A DNA stretch of 64,000 bases, taken from NCBI GenBank assembly GCA_963796105.1, contig CAWCKJ010000004.1, forward strand, positions 1,544,760 through 1,608,759, in the 5' to 3' direction. The notes below the pieces were generated by a model, which saw only the letters and a list, made by a program, of their open reading frames with translations, was not told the DNA's origin and searched no databases. This document shows, piece by piece, positions 30,708 through 40,821 of this stretch. The position numbers were made by a program, and so were the translations under genes. The stretch is from a candidate division FCPU426 bacterium (lineage in GTDB: Bacteria > Oederibacteriota > Muellerivitia > Muellerivitales > Muellerivitaceae). Every line of letters starts with the position of its first letter. The stretch's first letter is position 1.

Positions 30708-31567
30708 GGAAAACAGAGTCCGTCTCCGTCATCATCCCGGCCTATAACGAGGAGGGGGCGGTCGCCAAGGTGGTCCAGTCGGTCCGGGGCCGACTTAAAA
30801 AAGCCGGGATGGATTTCGAGATCCTGGTAGTGGACGACGGAAGCACCGACCGGACCTCCCAGGAAGCGCGAAAAGCCGGCGCGCGGCTGGTTTCCATGGG
30901 TGAAAACCGGGGATACGGGGCTTCCCTCAAGGCCGGCATCCGCCAGTCCCGCCACAACCTGATCGCCATTATGGACGCGGATGGGACCTATCCCCCGGAG
31001 GAATTGCCGGAACTCATCCGATTGGTCCAGACGGCCGATATGGCCGTGGGAGCCAGGATCAAACCCCTAGCCGCGATCCCTTTTCTTCGAAGATTTCCCA
31101 AGTGGGTCCTTGGAAAGTGGGCCAACTACCTGGCGGAAAGAAAGATCCCGGACTTGAACTCGGGGCTGAGGGTTTTCAGGAAAAATATCGCGGCCCGCTA
31201 CGAGGGGCTCTTCCCGAACGGTTTTTCCTTCACGACCACCCTGACCTTGGCGCTGGAATGCCACGGGTATATCGTCAAATACCATCCCATCAATTACCGC
31301 GTCAGGATCGGTTCCTCCAAAATCAGGCCATTTCAGGACACGATTAACTTCTTTTCCCTTGTTTTAAGGGTGGTCATGTATTTTAAACCCTTGAAGATTT
31401 TCATCCCCCTGAGCGCTATGATCCTATTGAGCGGGGTTGTCAGCGGGGTTTTGTCCTACTCCCGCGTCCAGGCAGTCAACGGCATGTCCATGTTCTTGCT
31501 GGTGGCGGGACTTCAAATCGCCGCGTTAGGGCTTTTGGCGGATCTGCTGGTGAAAAGGGGGAGATAA
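30704..31567 (+). CDS. Glycosyltransferase family 2 (DPM1-like)
   Basis: IIPAYNEE, VDDGSTD, MDADG; two C-terminal TM segments. Confidence 0.92.
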   Translation: MRKTESVSVIIPAYNEEGAVAKVVQSVRGRLKKAGMDFEILVVDDGSTDRTSQEARKAGARLVSMGENRGYGASLKAGIRQSRHNLIAIMDADGTYPPEELPELIRLVQTADMAVGARIKPLAAIPFLRRFPKWVLGKWANYLAERKIPDLNSGLRVFRKNIAARYEGLFPNGFSFTTTLTLALECHGYIVKYHPINYRVRIGSSKIRPFQDTINFFSLVLRVVMYFKPLKIFIPLSAMILLSGVVSGVLSYSRVQAVNGMSMFLLVAGLQIAALGLLADLLVKRGR

Positions 31568-31570
31568 ACC

Positions 31571-32989
31571 ATGAAGGTATTGCTGGTCAATCCCCCCAGT
31601 GAAAACATGATCACCACCAACATCCCCTCGGTCGTGGACGAGGAGAGGGGATTCAACCCGCCCCTGGGCCTCCTTTACGTTGCGGCCTACGCCAAGGCGA
31701 ATACCCGCCATGAGATTCTTGTCCTGGATTGCCAGGTCGAGGAGGTTTCCCAGGACGAGGTGGAAGGCCGCATCCGCGAAATCAATCCCGACGTGGTCGG
31801 CATTCAAACCCTCACCTTCACCGTCCTGGACGCGCGTCTGGTGGCGAAGGCCGCCAAGAGGGCCAACCCCGCCTGCAAGGTCGTCCTGGGCGGGCCTCAT
31901 GTCCATATTTACGCCCGCGAGACCCTCGCCATGCAGGAGGTGGATTTCGCGGTCAAGGGCGAGGGGGAAATCGCCTTCACCCAGCTTCTCTCGGCCCTGG
32001 AGGGGATGACCCCGATGGAACAGGTGTTCGGGCTGGCTTACCGCGACGCCTCCACCGGGCAGGTCAAGGATAACCCCCCGGCCCCGCCGATGGAGGACCT
32101 GGACCACCTGCCCTACCCCGCCAGGGAATTGACCCCGATACACAAGTATTACTCCATCCTCGCCAAGCACAATCCCATCACCACCATGTTCACGAGCAGG
32201 GGCTGCCCCTACCGCTGTCTATTCTGCGACCGTCCCACCATGGGCCGGAGGTTCCGGAGCCACTCGGCGGTGGCCGTGGTCGACGAGATGACGGCCTGCG
32301 TGAAAATGGGGATCCGCGAGTTTTTCATCTACGACGACACTTTCAACGTGAACCGCAAGAGGGTTTTCGAGATATGCGGGGAGATCAAGCGCCGCAAACT
32401 GGAGATCGCATTCGACATCCGCGCCCGGGCGGACCGGATGGACGAGGAGATGCTCAAGGAGCTTGCCTCGGCCGGATGCGACCGCATCCACTACGGCGTG
32501 GAATCCGGGAACGAGGAAGTCCTCGAGACCCTCTTGAAGGACTTGAACCTGGACCAGGTCCGGGAGGTCTTCAAGGCCACGCGCAAACACGGCATGAAAA
32601 CCCTGGCTTACTTCATGATCGGCAATCCGGGCGAGACCCGGGCCATGGCCCTGAAAACCATCGAGTTCGCGAAGGAACTGGATCCGGATTACGTGCACTT
32701 TTCCGTCCTCACCCCTTTCCCGGCCACGGCCATATATTACAAGGCCCTGGAAGAGGGGCGCTTCGACCACGATTATTGGGCGGAGTTTGCCAAGAATCCT
32801 ACCCCCGATTTCAAGCCCCGCTTGTGGGAGGAATTCATGACGCGGGAGGAATTGATCGCCTTGCTGAAGGAGGCCTATAAGTCCTTCTACCTCCGTCCGA
32901 AAATCCTCATGAAAAATATGGCCAGCACCCATTCCGCGCTCGATCTTTTTCGAAAAGCCCGTGTGGGATTCAAAATGCTTCGGATATAA
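31571..32989 (+). CDS. Cobalamin-binding radical SAM enzyme
   Basis: PPLGL, GGPH, GEGE, SRGCPYRCLFC (CxxxCxxC), GVESG. Confidence 0.93.
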   Translation: MKVLLVNPPSENMITTNIPSVVDEERGFNPPLGLLYVAAYAKANTRHEILVLDCQVEEVSQDEVEGRIREINPDVVGIQTLTFTVLDARLVAKAAKRANPACKVVLGGPHVHIYARETLAMQEVDFAVKGEGEIAFTQLLSALEGMTPMEQVFGLAYRDASTGQVKDNPPAPPMEDLDHLPYPARELTPIHKYYSILAKHNPITTMFTSRGCPYRCLFCDRPTMGRRFRSHSAVAVVDEMTACVKMGIREFFIYDDTFNVNRKRVFEICGEIKRRKLEIAFDIRARADRMDEEMLKELASAGCDRIHYGVESGNEEVLETLLKDLNLDQVREVFKATRKHGMKTLAYFMIGNPGETRAMALKTIEFAKELDPDYVHFSVLTPFPATAIYYKALEEGRFDHDYWAEFAKNPTPDFKPRLWEEFMTREELIALLKEAYKSFYLRPKILMKNMASTHSALDLFRKARVGFKMLRI

Positions 32990-33095
32990 TCTTCTGCGAT
33001 GTCCCGACCCGTCTCCTGGCGCTTAAGATTGGGTTTTCCGTATTTCCGGGACAATCAAGACGGGTTCATATTTCTTAAAAGGAATTTATAAAACC

Positions 33096-34055
33096 ATGCG
33101 ACGCTATCTGCCCATTGTAATCGGCCTTTTGTTATTCGGATGGGTCCTGACCAAAGTCAACCTGCCCGACACGATGGTCTACTTGAAAAAAGCCGATTGG
33201 AAGCTTCTCTTCCTGGCCCTGATCTGCTTTCTCGTCATGGTTTACATCAAGGGGATCCGCTGGAGCTTCCTCCTGAGGATGCAGTCGGCGCGCTACTCAA
33301 TCTGGAATTGCTTCCTGATCTACATGTCGACCTTGTTTTGGGGAAATTTCACCCCTGGCCGGGCTGGTGATTTTTTCAAGGTCTTTTACCTGAGGGAGGA
33401 TTTGAAATTTTCAACCGGAACAGGCATGGCCAGCGTCCTGGTGGACCGGGTGTTCGATTTGTACCTGCTTCTCGTCCTGGGAGGTCTGGGAATCCTCGTT
33501 TATCCCATGCCGGCGGACCCGACCTCCCTCAAGATGATCCTTGCGGTAAAAGTGCTTTTTGGGGTCCTCATCGTCCTCACGCTTTTGGCCTTCAACAAGA
33601 AAATCGGGGAGGTTTTCCTGAAGGCGGCTTTCCAGCGCCTCCTGAAGCAGGAGCACCGGGAAAAGACGGACAAGCTTTTCGAGGATTTCCACAAGGGAAT
33701 GGCCTCTTTTTACAAGCCCGCCATCCTGGTTCCGGCTCTCCTTTCCCTGGCTTCCTATGTCTCCTTCTTCTGGGGCTGTTACATGATCGCGCTCTCCATC
33801 GGGATTCCCGTCAACCTCTTTTACCTTTCCTTCTGCGTTTCCGTGGTGAACATCGTGTCCCTCCTGACTTTCCTGGGCATGGGGACCAGGGAAGCGGCCT
33901 TGATTTTTCTTTTTGCCCTGGTGTCCGTCACCAAGGACCAGGCCCTGGCTTACTCGCTTCTGCTTTTATTCGTGGGGAACATTCTCTTCAACCTCTTGGG
34001 CCTGGTTTGTTTTTACCTGAAACCCATCCGGATCAAGGGACTGACCCTCTCCTAA
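33096..34055 (+). CDS. Lysylphosphatidylglycerol synthase TM-domain (flippase-like) protein
   Basis: RW..LL, TPGRAGD, DRVFD, GMGTRE. Confidence 0.85.
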   Translation: MRRYLPIVIGLLLFGWVLTKVNLPDTMVYLKKADWKLLFLALICFLVMVYIKGIRWSFLLRMQSARYSIWNCFLIYMSTLFWGNFTPGRAGDFFKVFYLREDLKFSTGTGMASVLVDRVFDLYLLLVLGGLGILVYPMPADPTSLKMILAVKVLFGVLIVLTLLAFNKKIGEVFLKAAFQRLLKQEHREKTDKLFEDFHKGMASFYKPAILVPALLSLASYVSFFWGCYMIALSIGIPVNLFYLSFCVSVVNIVSLLTFLGMGTREAALIFLFALVSVTKDQALAYSLLLLFVGNILFNLLGLVCFYLKPIRIKGLTLS

Positions 34056-34076
34056 TTCGAGAGCAAGACTGGAACG

Positions 34077-34838
34077 ATGGCCAAAATCATCTGCGTCACT
34101 AATCAAAAAGGCGGGGTCGGCAAAACCACCACGACCGTCAACCTGGCCGCCTGCCTCGCGGCCCTGGAGAGAAAAACCCTGCTGGTGGACATGGACCCCC
34201 AGGGAAATTCCACCAGCGGGGTCGGCCTGGCGAAAAACGACTATGAGACCAACATCTACCAGGTCTTGATGGGGGAGGCGGACATCCTGGGGGTGGTCAA
34301 AACCACTGAGTTAAAAAAGCTTTTTTGCCTTCCCTCCAACGGCCATTTGACCGGGGCCGAGGTGGAGCTGGTTGGCATGGAAGAGCGGGAAACCAGGCTG
34401 AAAAAGGCCCTGGCCCAGGTCCAGGACGAGTATGAGTACATCCTCATCGATTGCCCCCCCTCCCTTGGTTTCTTGACGCTCAACGCCCTGACCGCGGCCC
34501 ATTCGGTCCTGATTCCCATCCAGAGCGAGTATTACGCCCTGGAGGGCTTGAGCTCCCTCATGGAAACCGTGGAGCGCGTCCGGGAAAGCTTGAACCCGAA
34601 CCTTGAAATCGAGGGGGCGCTATTGACCATGGTGGATTCCAGGACCCGCATCTCCTCCCAGGTTTCCGACGAGGTTCGAAAGTTCTTCGGGAAAAAGGTG
34701 TACAATACGATGATTCCCCGGAACGTCCAGCTTTCCGAGTCGCCCTCTTTCGGAAAACCCATCATCCTTTACGATATCCGGTCCAGCGGGGCCCAAGCCT
34801 ATCTCAATCTCACCAAGGAGGTCGTCCGCAATGGTTAA
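34077..34838 (+). CDS. parA: Chromosome partitioning ATPase
   Basis: NQKGGVGKTT, DPQGN, DCPPSLG, EYYALEG. Confidence 0.96.
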   Translation: MAKIICVTNQKGGVGKTTTTVNLAACLAALERKTLLVDMDPQGNSTSGVGLAKNDYETNIYQVLMGEADILGVVKTTELKKLFCLPSNGHLTGAEVELVGMEERETRLKKALAQVQDEYEYILIDCPPSLGFLTLNALTAAHSVLIPIQSEYYALEGLSSLMETVERVRESLNPNLEIEGALLTMVDSRTRISSQVSDEVRKFFGKKVYNTMIPRNVQLSESPSFGKPIILYDIRSSGAQAYLNLTKEVVRNG

Positions 34839-35691
34839 GAAAGCCCTCGGCCGCGGTTTGGAAGCCTTGATACCCAAAAAGGCCCCGGAGGATAAAAAAG
34901 GCCAAGCCCTGCAGATTCCCCTTTCCCTCATCAAACCCAACCCCTTTCAACCCCGGAAAATTTTCCGGCCGGAAGACCTTCAGGAATTGATCCATTCCAT
35001 CCGGGAAAAGGGCGTCCTCCAGCCCATCCTGACTCGGAAAAAAGGGGACCATTGGGAGATCATCGCGGGGGAGCGCCGCTTCCGCGCCGCCCAGAAACTG
35101 GGCATGCTCACGGTCCCGGCGGTGGAGGTCCAGGTCTCCGACGTCGAGGCCCTGGAAATGGCCCTGGTGGAGAATCTCCAACGCACCGACCTGTCCCCAC
35201 TGGAGGAGGCCGCGGGTTACCAAAGGCTCCAGGACGAGTTCAACATGACCCAGGAGCAGATCGCCCAGAAGGTCGGCAAGGACCGGGCCACCGTGGCCAA
35301 TACACTGCGCTTGTTGAAGCTGACGGCCGAGGTGCAGTCCATGCTTTCCTCGGGCCAAATCACCGCGGGCCACGCGCGCGTTCTCGCTGCCCTTTCCAAC
35401 CCGCAGGAACAATTGAAATGGGCGAAAAAAATTTCTCAGCAAGGACTCCCGGTCAGGGACGTCGAGAAATGGCTGCAAAACCAAAAGGGCACGACGCGAA
35501 AAACAAAAACCTCGGGCGGTTTAAAAGACCCCAATTTGACAAAATTGGAGGAAAACCTCCGCAACTGGCTCGGCACGAAAGTTTCCATCCGGACCTCCGG
35601 AAAACAAAAGGGAACTATTTCCTTCGAGTATTATTCCCTGGACGATCTGGACCGGATCTTGAATATGTTCCGCAAATCCGGGTATCGTTGA
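34831..35691 (+). CDS. parB: Chromosome partitioning protein
   Basis: LGRGL, QPR, AGERRFRA, ENLQR, HTH. Confidence 0.96.
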   Translation: MVKKALGRGLEALIPKKAPEDKKGQALQIPLSLIKPNPFQPRKIFRPEDLQELIHSIREKGVLQPILTRKKGDHWEIIAGERRFRAAQKLGMLTVPAVEVQVSDVEALEMALVENLQRTDLSPLEEAAGYQRLQDEFNMTQEQIAQKVGKDRATVANTLRLLKLTAEVQSMLSSGQITAGHARVLAALSNPQEQLKWAKKISQQGLPVRDVEKWLQNQKGTTRKTKTSGGLKDPNLTKLEENLRNWLGTKVSIRTSGKQKGTISFEYYSLDDLDRILNMFRKSGYR

Positions 35692-35783
35692 CATTCAAAG
35701 TGGATGTGTTAAATTATTTTATGAAGGAAATATTTGTTTGGGTTTGATCCCTTCCTTAATCCAACTTTTTTAAGGAGTGAAAA

Positions 35784-36068
35784 GTGCCCCAGACCGCGGC
35801 AGAAATCGTCGCTAAAAAAATCGAAGCTGAAACCAAACGACTCGCTCCCCAGGCCGTCTTCCGGGCTGATTACGGCAACTACCATGATGACGGGGTCGAT
35901 ATTTACCTGTATGCGCCCCGGAAGGTTTCCGACATGCTCAGGGGCAGGCTGAAGGGCTTGATGGATGGGGAATTGAGAAGGGTGAAAAACGTGCGCGCCC
36001 GGTTGATCATGGAAGACATCGAGAACATGACCGAGGAAGCGAAGAGGAAATACGGGGTTCCTGTTTAA
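35784..36068 (+). CDS. Hypothetical protein
   Basis: 94 aa; AAGGAG RBS before GTG. Confidence 0.6.
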   Translation: MPQTAAEIVAKKIEAETKRLAPQAVFRADYGNYHDDGVDIYLYAPRKVSDMLRGRLKGLMDGELRRVKNVRARLIMEDIENMTEEAKRKYGVPV

Positions 36069-36309
36069 CCATTCCTAAAAACGTTTCCCGCTTCAGCCCT
36101 GAAAATCCTTCAAAAAATGTCTTTATGAACCATTTTTTATTTATTCTTGTTCCTCCAACCGGTTCTTCGCTTGAAAAACACCTTCATTTAGGCTCCCGAA
36201 GGGGGCCTTGACTCTGTGCTCAGGGGGGGTAACATGCCCCCGTTCCTTGCTTTTACATTGGAAAATATTCAGGCTGCGGCCTTAATTCATAATCTCGAAA
36301 GATTTCAAA

Positions 36310-39087
36310 ATGCCTAAACCCCGTTTATTCCTCCTGGATGGCGCCGCGGTAGCCTACCGGGCCTATTTCGCCTTCATCAAAAATCCCCTTACCAACGCCA
36401 ACGGATTGAACACCTCGGCGGTGTTCGGTTTTTTGAACATCCTGCTCACCTTGCTGGAAAAGGAAAAACCGGAATTCTTTTCCGTGATTTTTGACTCCCG
36501 GGAGCCCACCTTCCGGCACAAGCGCTACAAGGAGTACAAGGCCACCAGGGAGAAGATGCCGGAGGACATGGCCGAGTCCCTACCTTATATCGACAAGGTG
36601 GTCAAAGCCTTGAACATACCGTCTTTGGTCCTTCCCGGTTTCGAGGCGGATGACCTGATCGGAACCCTGGTAACCAGGACTAAAAAAGAAGATATCCAAA
36701 GTTTTATCGTTTCCGGGGACAAGGATTTCATGCAGCTCATCGGCCCCGATGTGAAGATGTACAACCCAAAGAAACCCGACGACATGGTGATCGTGGACGA
36801 GAAGGGAGTTCTGGAAAAATTCGGGGTGAGGCCCGACCAGGTCATCGACGTTCTGGCCCTCATGGGGGACGCCTCCGACAACGTGCCGGGGGTTCCCGGC
36901 ATCGGGGAGAAAACCGCCTCAGTTCTCATCAACGAGTTCGGCTCGCTGGACAACCTGTACCAGAACGTTAACAAGGTTTCCAAGCCCAAATTGAGGGAAA
37001 CCCTCCTGAAAAACAAACCCTTGGCGGAACTTTCCAAAGAGCTGGTCACCATCGAGTGCGCGGTGCCGATCAAGGAAAAGCTGGAGGACTTGGTTTGCGG
37101 CAAGCCGGACATGGAGGAGATCAAGAAACTCTTCAAGGAATTGGAGTTCAACCGGTTGCTGTCCCGCGTGGAGCGATACTCGGACGGCCTCCAGGGGGGG
37201 GCGGAGAAAAAAGAAAAAGCGGAACCGAAGCAGAAAGTCAAAAAGGAAAAGGCGCCTGAGGGGGACTTCGTTCCGGAGATCAAGATCGTCTCCTCTAAGT
37301 ACAAGGCACTCCTCACCCCGGAGGCGATCCAGGAGGCGTTGGACTCCGCCGCGAAAGCGGGGGAGGCGGCGGTGGACACCGAAACGACCGGCCTGGACCC
37401 CTTGTCCGCGGAACTGGTGGGCGTTTCCCTGGCCTGGAAAGAGAAGGAAGCGGTATTCATTCCCCTCAACCAGGAACTGGGGAGGGACAAGGTCCTGAAG
37501 ATCCTCAAGCCGTTCCTGGAAAACCCGAAAATCAGGAAGGGCGGACAAAACAGCAAGTATGACTGGGCGGTCTTCAAGACCCACGGCATCGAGCCCCAGG
37601 GATTCGCCTTCGACACCATGGTGGAAAGCTACCTGCTGGATTCCTCCAGCCGCCAGCACAACCTGGACGCGATGGCGCTCAAGCATTTCAACTACACCAA
37701 GATTCCCACCGAGGCCGTGATCGGAAGCGGCAAGAGGCAGATCACGATGGACAAGGTTCCCCTGGAGGCCATCACCCAATACGCCTGCGAGGACGCGGAC
37801 TTCACTTTCCGGGCCCACGCCCTTTTCTCGCCCCGCGTCAAACAAGAGGGTTTGGAGCAGCTTTACCAGGAGGTGGAACTGCCCCTGGTGATGGTCCTGG
37901 GGGACATGGTGCGCCGGGGAATCTCGATTGACGTGAAACTGCTCCAGAAACTGTCGGCTGAAGCCGGGGAAGAGCTGGAAAAGCTCACCAAAAAGATCTT
38001 CAAGGAAGCGGGCGAGGAGTTCAACATCGGGTCACCCCAGCAATTGGGAAAAATCCTGTTCGAGAAAATGCAGGTGCAAAAGATCTCAGGCACCAGGGTG
38101 AAGAAGACCAAGACAGGCTATGCCACCGACGTGGACGTGCTAGAGTCCCTCAAGGGCATCGCGGTGGCGGACATGCTTTTGGATTTCAGGCAAATTTCCA
38201 AGTTGAAAAACACCTACCTGGACGTCTTGCCCACGCTGGTCCATCCCCAGGACGGCCGCATCCACACCTCCTACAACCAGACGGTGGCCGCCACGGGCCG
38301 GCTTTCCTCCACCGACCCCAACTTGCAGAACATACCCATCCGATCGGAATTCGGCCGGAAGATCCGCGCGGCTTTCGTGGCGGAGGGCGGCCAGATGACG
38401 CTTATCTCGGCCGACTACTCCCAGATTGAGTTGAGGGTTTTGGCGCACATCACCGAGGACCCGAATTTGATCGAGACTTTCCAGAACGAGGAGGACGTCC
38501 ATGCCCGCACCGCCTCGCTGATCTTCGGGGTGCCATTGGAAAAGGTCACGCCGGGGCAGAGAAGCCAGGCCAAGACCATCAATTTCGGGGTCATCTACGG
38601 CATGGGTCCCCAGCGCCTCGCCAGGGAGAACGGCGTTTCCATGGTTGAGGCCAAGAAATTCATCGAGGATTATTTCGCCAAGTACCCGGGCATCCAGAAA
38701 TTCACCACCGAGCAGGTGGAATTGGCCAAGAAACAGAATTACGTCTCGACCATCCTGGGAAGAAAAAGACACATCCCGGAAATCCACTCCGCCAACATCG
38801 GGCTTCGGATCAACGCGGAACACATGGCTGTGAACACGCCCATCCAGGGGTCGGCCGCGGACCTTATCAAGGTGGCCATGGTGCGGTTGCATGAGAAACT
38901 GAAACAGAAGAAAATGAAAACCGCAATGCTTCTGCAGGTGCATGACGAGTTGGTTTTCGAGGCGCCCAAGAACGAGGCCGAGGACGCCAAGAAAATGATC
39001 GTCCATGAGATGGAAAACGCCATGAAACTGAAAGTACCCCTCAAAGTGGATGTGGGTACCGGCAGGACCTGGCTGGAAGCCCACTAA
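36310..39087 (+). CDS. polA: DNA polymerase I
   Basis: 5'-3' exonuclease (EADD, GDASDN), DTETT, DYSQIELR, QVHDEL. Confidence 0.98.
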   Translation: MPKPRLFLLDGAAVAYRAYFAFIKNPLTNANGLNTSAVFGFLNILLTLLEKEKPEFFSVIFDSREPTFRHKRYKEYKATREKMPEDMAESLPYIDKVVKALNIPSLVLPGFEADDLIGTLVTRTKKEDIQSFIVSGDKDFMQLIGPDVKMYNPKKPDDMVIVDEKGVLEKFGVRPDQVIDVLALMGDASDNVPGVPGIGEKTASVLINEFGSLDNLYQNVNKVSKPKLRETLLKNKPLAELSKELVTIECAVPIKEKLEDLVCGKPDMEEIKKLFKELEFNRLLSRVERYSDGLQGGAEKKEKAEPKQKVKKEKAPEGDFVPEIKIVSSKYKALLTPEAIQEALDSAAKAGEAAVDTETTGLDPLSAELVGVSLAWKEKEAVFIPLNQELGRDKVLKILKPFLENPKIRKGGQNSKYDWAVFKTHGIEPQGFAFDTMVESYLLDSSSRQHNLDAMALKHFNYTKIPTEAVIGSGKRQITMDKVPLEAITQYACEDADFTFRAHALFSPRVKQEGLEQLYQEVELPLVMVLGDMVRRGISIDVKLLQKLSAEAGEELEKLTKKIFKEAGEEFNIGSPQQLGKILFEKMQVQKISGTRVKKTKTGYATDVDVLESLKGIAVADMLLDFRQISKLKNTYLDVLPTLVHPQDGRIHTSYNQTVAATGRLSSTDPNLQNIPIRSEFGRKIRAAFVAEGGQMTLISADYSQIELRVLAHITEDPNLIETFQNEEDVHARTASLIFGVPLEKVTPGQRSQAKTINFGVIYGMGPQRLARENGVSMVEAKKFIEDYFAKYPGIQKFTTEQVELAKKQNYVSTILGRKRHIPEIHSANIGLRINAEHMAVNTPIQGSAADLIKVAMVRLHEKLKQKKMKTAMLLQVHDELVFEAPKNEAEDAKKMIVHEMENAMKLKVPLKVDVGTGRTWLEAH

Positions 39088-39212
39088 GCGGTCTGGGTAT
39101 CAAAATCGCAAACTCTCGACGTTGGGGGATAGATGTTTTCGGGTAATGGTTTGTGGAATATAATGAGCACATTTCTGGGCCGCATATTCGTGGGATATTT
39201 TGGGGGAAACCC

Positions 39213-39536
39213 GTGGGAATCAATGAGGACGTCGTAAAAAAAATAGTCAGGCGCATTCTTAAGGTTTATAAAGCCGATAAGATTATCCTTTTCGGATCAG
39301 CCGCGACCAACCGTATGCTTCCTGATAGCGACATTGATTTATTAATCGTCAAGAAGGGCGTTAAGGACGCGCTTAGCGAAAGCGTCAAGATCGACACCGC
39401 TTTGAATGGCTTGGGTTATCCTTTCGACGTCATCGTCATGCCCCTGGAAAGGTTCGAGGAAACCAAGAACCATATCGGGGGTCTTGCTTTCCCCGCCAAC
39501 AAGTACGGCAAAGTCATTTATGCCAAAACAGCCTGA
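39213..39536 (+). CDS. Minimal nucleotidyltransferase (MNT)
   Basis: LFGSAA..DSDIDLL; start codon uncertain. Confidence 0.85.
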   Translation: MGINEDVVKKIVRRILKVYKADKIILFGSAATNRMLPDSDIDLLIVKKGVKDALSESVKIDTALNGLGYPFDVIVMPLERFEETKNHIGGLAFPANKYGKVIYAKTA

Positions 39537-39927
39537 TAAAGTCACCCGAAAGCTTGTGGATGAATGGCTTCAAAAGGCTGATCCTGATATTCGCCTTGCG
39601 GAATTTCTCCTAGCTGAAAACACCCCTTTTTGGGATGCCATCGCATTCCATTGCCAACAAGCCGCTGAAAAATACTTGAAAGCCTTCCTTGTCAGCCGGC
39701 AAATAGAATTTCCAAAGACCCATAACATCCGCGAATTATTGGGCTTTATCGCGAGCACCGATAAAAAGCTGGCTCAATACCTTAAGCCAACCACGGTATT
39801 GACGCCTTATGGGGTATTGGTTCGTTATCCCGACGATGCCCAGCGAGTCGATCCCAAGAAGGCCGCTATGGCCGTGGTTTTGGCCCAAAAGGTGGAAAAA
39901 AGCATTAAAAAGAAATTGAAACGTTAA
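39520..39927 (+). CDS. HEPN domain protein
   Basis: FHCQQAAEKYLKA, PKTHNI, RYP; overlaps the MNT stop. Confidence 0.88.
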   Translation: MPKQPDKVTRKLVDEWLQKADPDIRLAEFLLAENTPFWDAIAFHCQQAAEKYLKAFLVSRQIEFPKTHNIRELLGFIASTDKKLAQYLKPTTVLTPYGVLVRYPDDAQRVDPKKAAMAVVLAQKVEKSIKKKLKR

Positions 39928-39988
39928 TTGGTCATTTCCTGAAAATAAAACCTCAATTAAAAACAGATTTTAATTGTTTAAGCGCTAA

Positions 39989-40813
39989 TCAATCCGCGTT
40001 TTTCATCCGGGTCGCGATGGAAATCAGGATCACGGCCATCCCGAAGAAACACACGATCGTCGCCCCCATGGGCCAATCCTTGACGTAGGACAAGGTGGAG
40101 CCCAGCAGGGAAACCACCAAGCCGATCCCCCAAGCCCAATAGAGCCTGTGATGTCCCTTGTGGCCCATCAAATTGGCGCAAACGACCGGCACGATCAGGA
40201 ACGAAAATACCGCCAATACGCCCGACACGCGCACCGCGTCCGTCACCACGAACCCGAAAGCCATATAAAAGAGGAAATCCCACAGCTTGAGGGACAAGCC
40301 CTGGCTTTGGGCCAGCTTGGGGTCGGAGGAGCAAAGCATCAGGGTATGGTGCTTGCGGTAAAGGAAAATCCCGACCACAGCGTAAAAGGCCGCCATGATG
40401 GCGATATCCTTCCAGGTCACCCAGCCCAAGGCCTCCCCGCTCAAGGTTCCTTGCACGTGCTCGGCCCCGTGGGGCGAGTTGGCGAGCAGAAGAAGCGTCG
40501 TGGCGGTGGCGAAGGCGAAAGCGATCCCGATGAAGGCCTCTTGCAGGACCGAATGGTTCCGGTCCCAGAGGAAGCTGAATAGGGCCGCCCCCAGCAGGGT
40601 GAATCCGAAAGACCAGTAATAGGTGGCTGGATCGTGGGGCTCGGCTCCCAGGAGAAAAGCCACCGATTGGCCCAGGGCCGCGATCTGGGCCAGGGCCAGG
40701 TCCACGAAAATGACCCCCCGGGCCAGCACGTGCTGGCCCAAAGATGGAAGAATCAACACCAAGAGAAGGCACGCCAGCATCGGCAATGCCATGACCGAGA
40801 AGAAGTTAGACAT
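39989..40813 (-). CDS. Metal (Zn/Mn) ABC transporter permease
   Basis: HVLARGVIFVDLALAQ, GVLAVFSFLIVP. Confidence 0.88.
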   Translation of the reverse strand: MSNFFSVMALPMLACLLLVLILPSLGQHVLARGVIFVDLALAQIAALGQSVAFLLGAEPHDPATYYWSFGFTLLGAALFSFLWDRNHSVLQEAFIGIAFAFATATTLLLLANSPHGAEHVQGTLSGEALGWVTWKDIAIMAAFYAVVGIFLYRKHHTLMLCSSDPKLAQSQGLSLKLWDFLFYMAFGFVVTDAVRVSGVLAVFSFLIVPVVCANLMGHKGHHRLYWAWGIGLVVSLLGSTLSYVKDWPMGATIVCFFGMAVILISIATRMKNAD

Positions 40814-40821
40814 GGTTTACC

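Noticed and set aside
34077..36309. parS site or oriC near parAB
   Set aside because: No TGTTTCACGTGAAACA-like palindrome or DnaA-box cluster was seen by eye.
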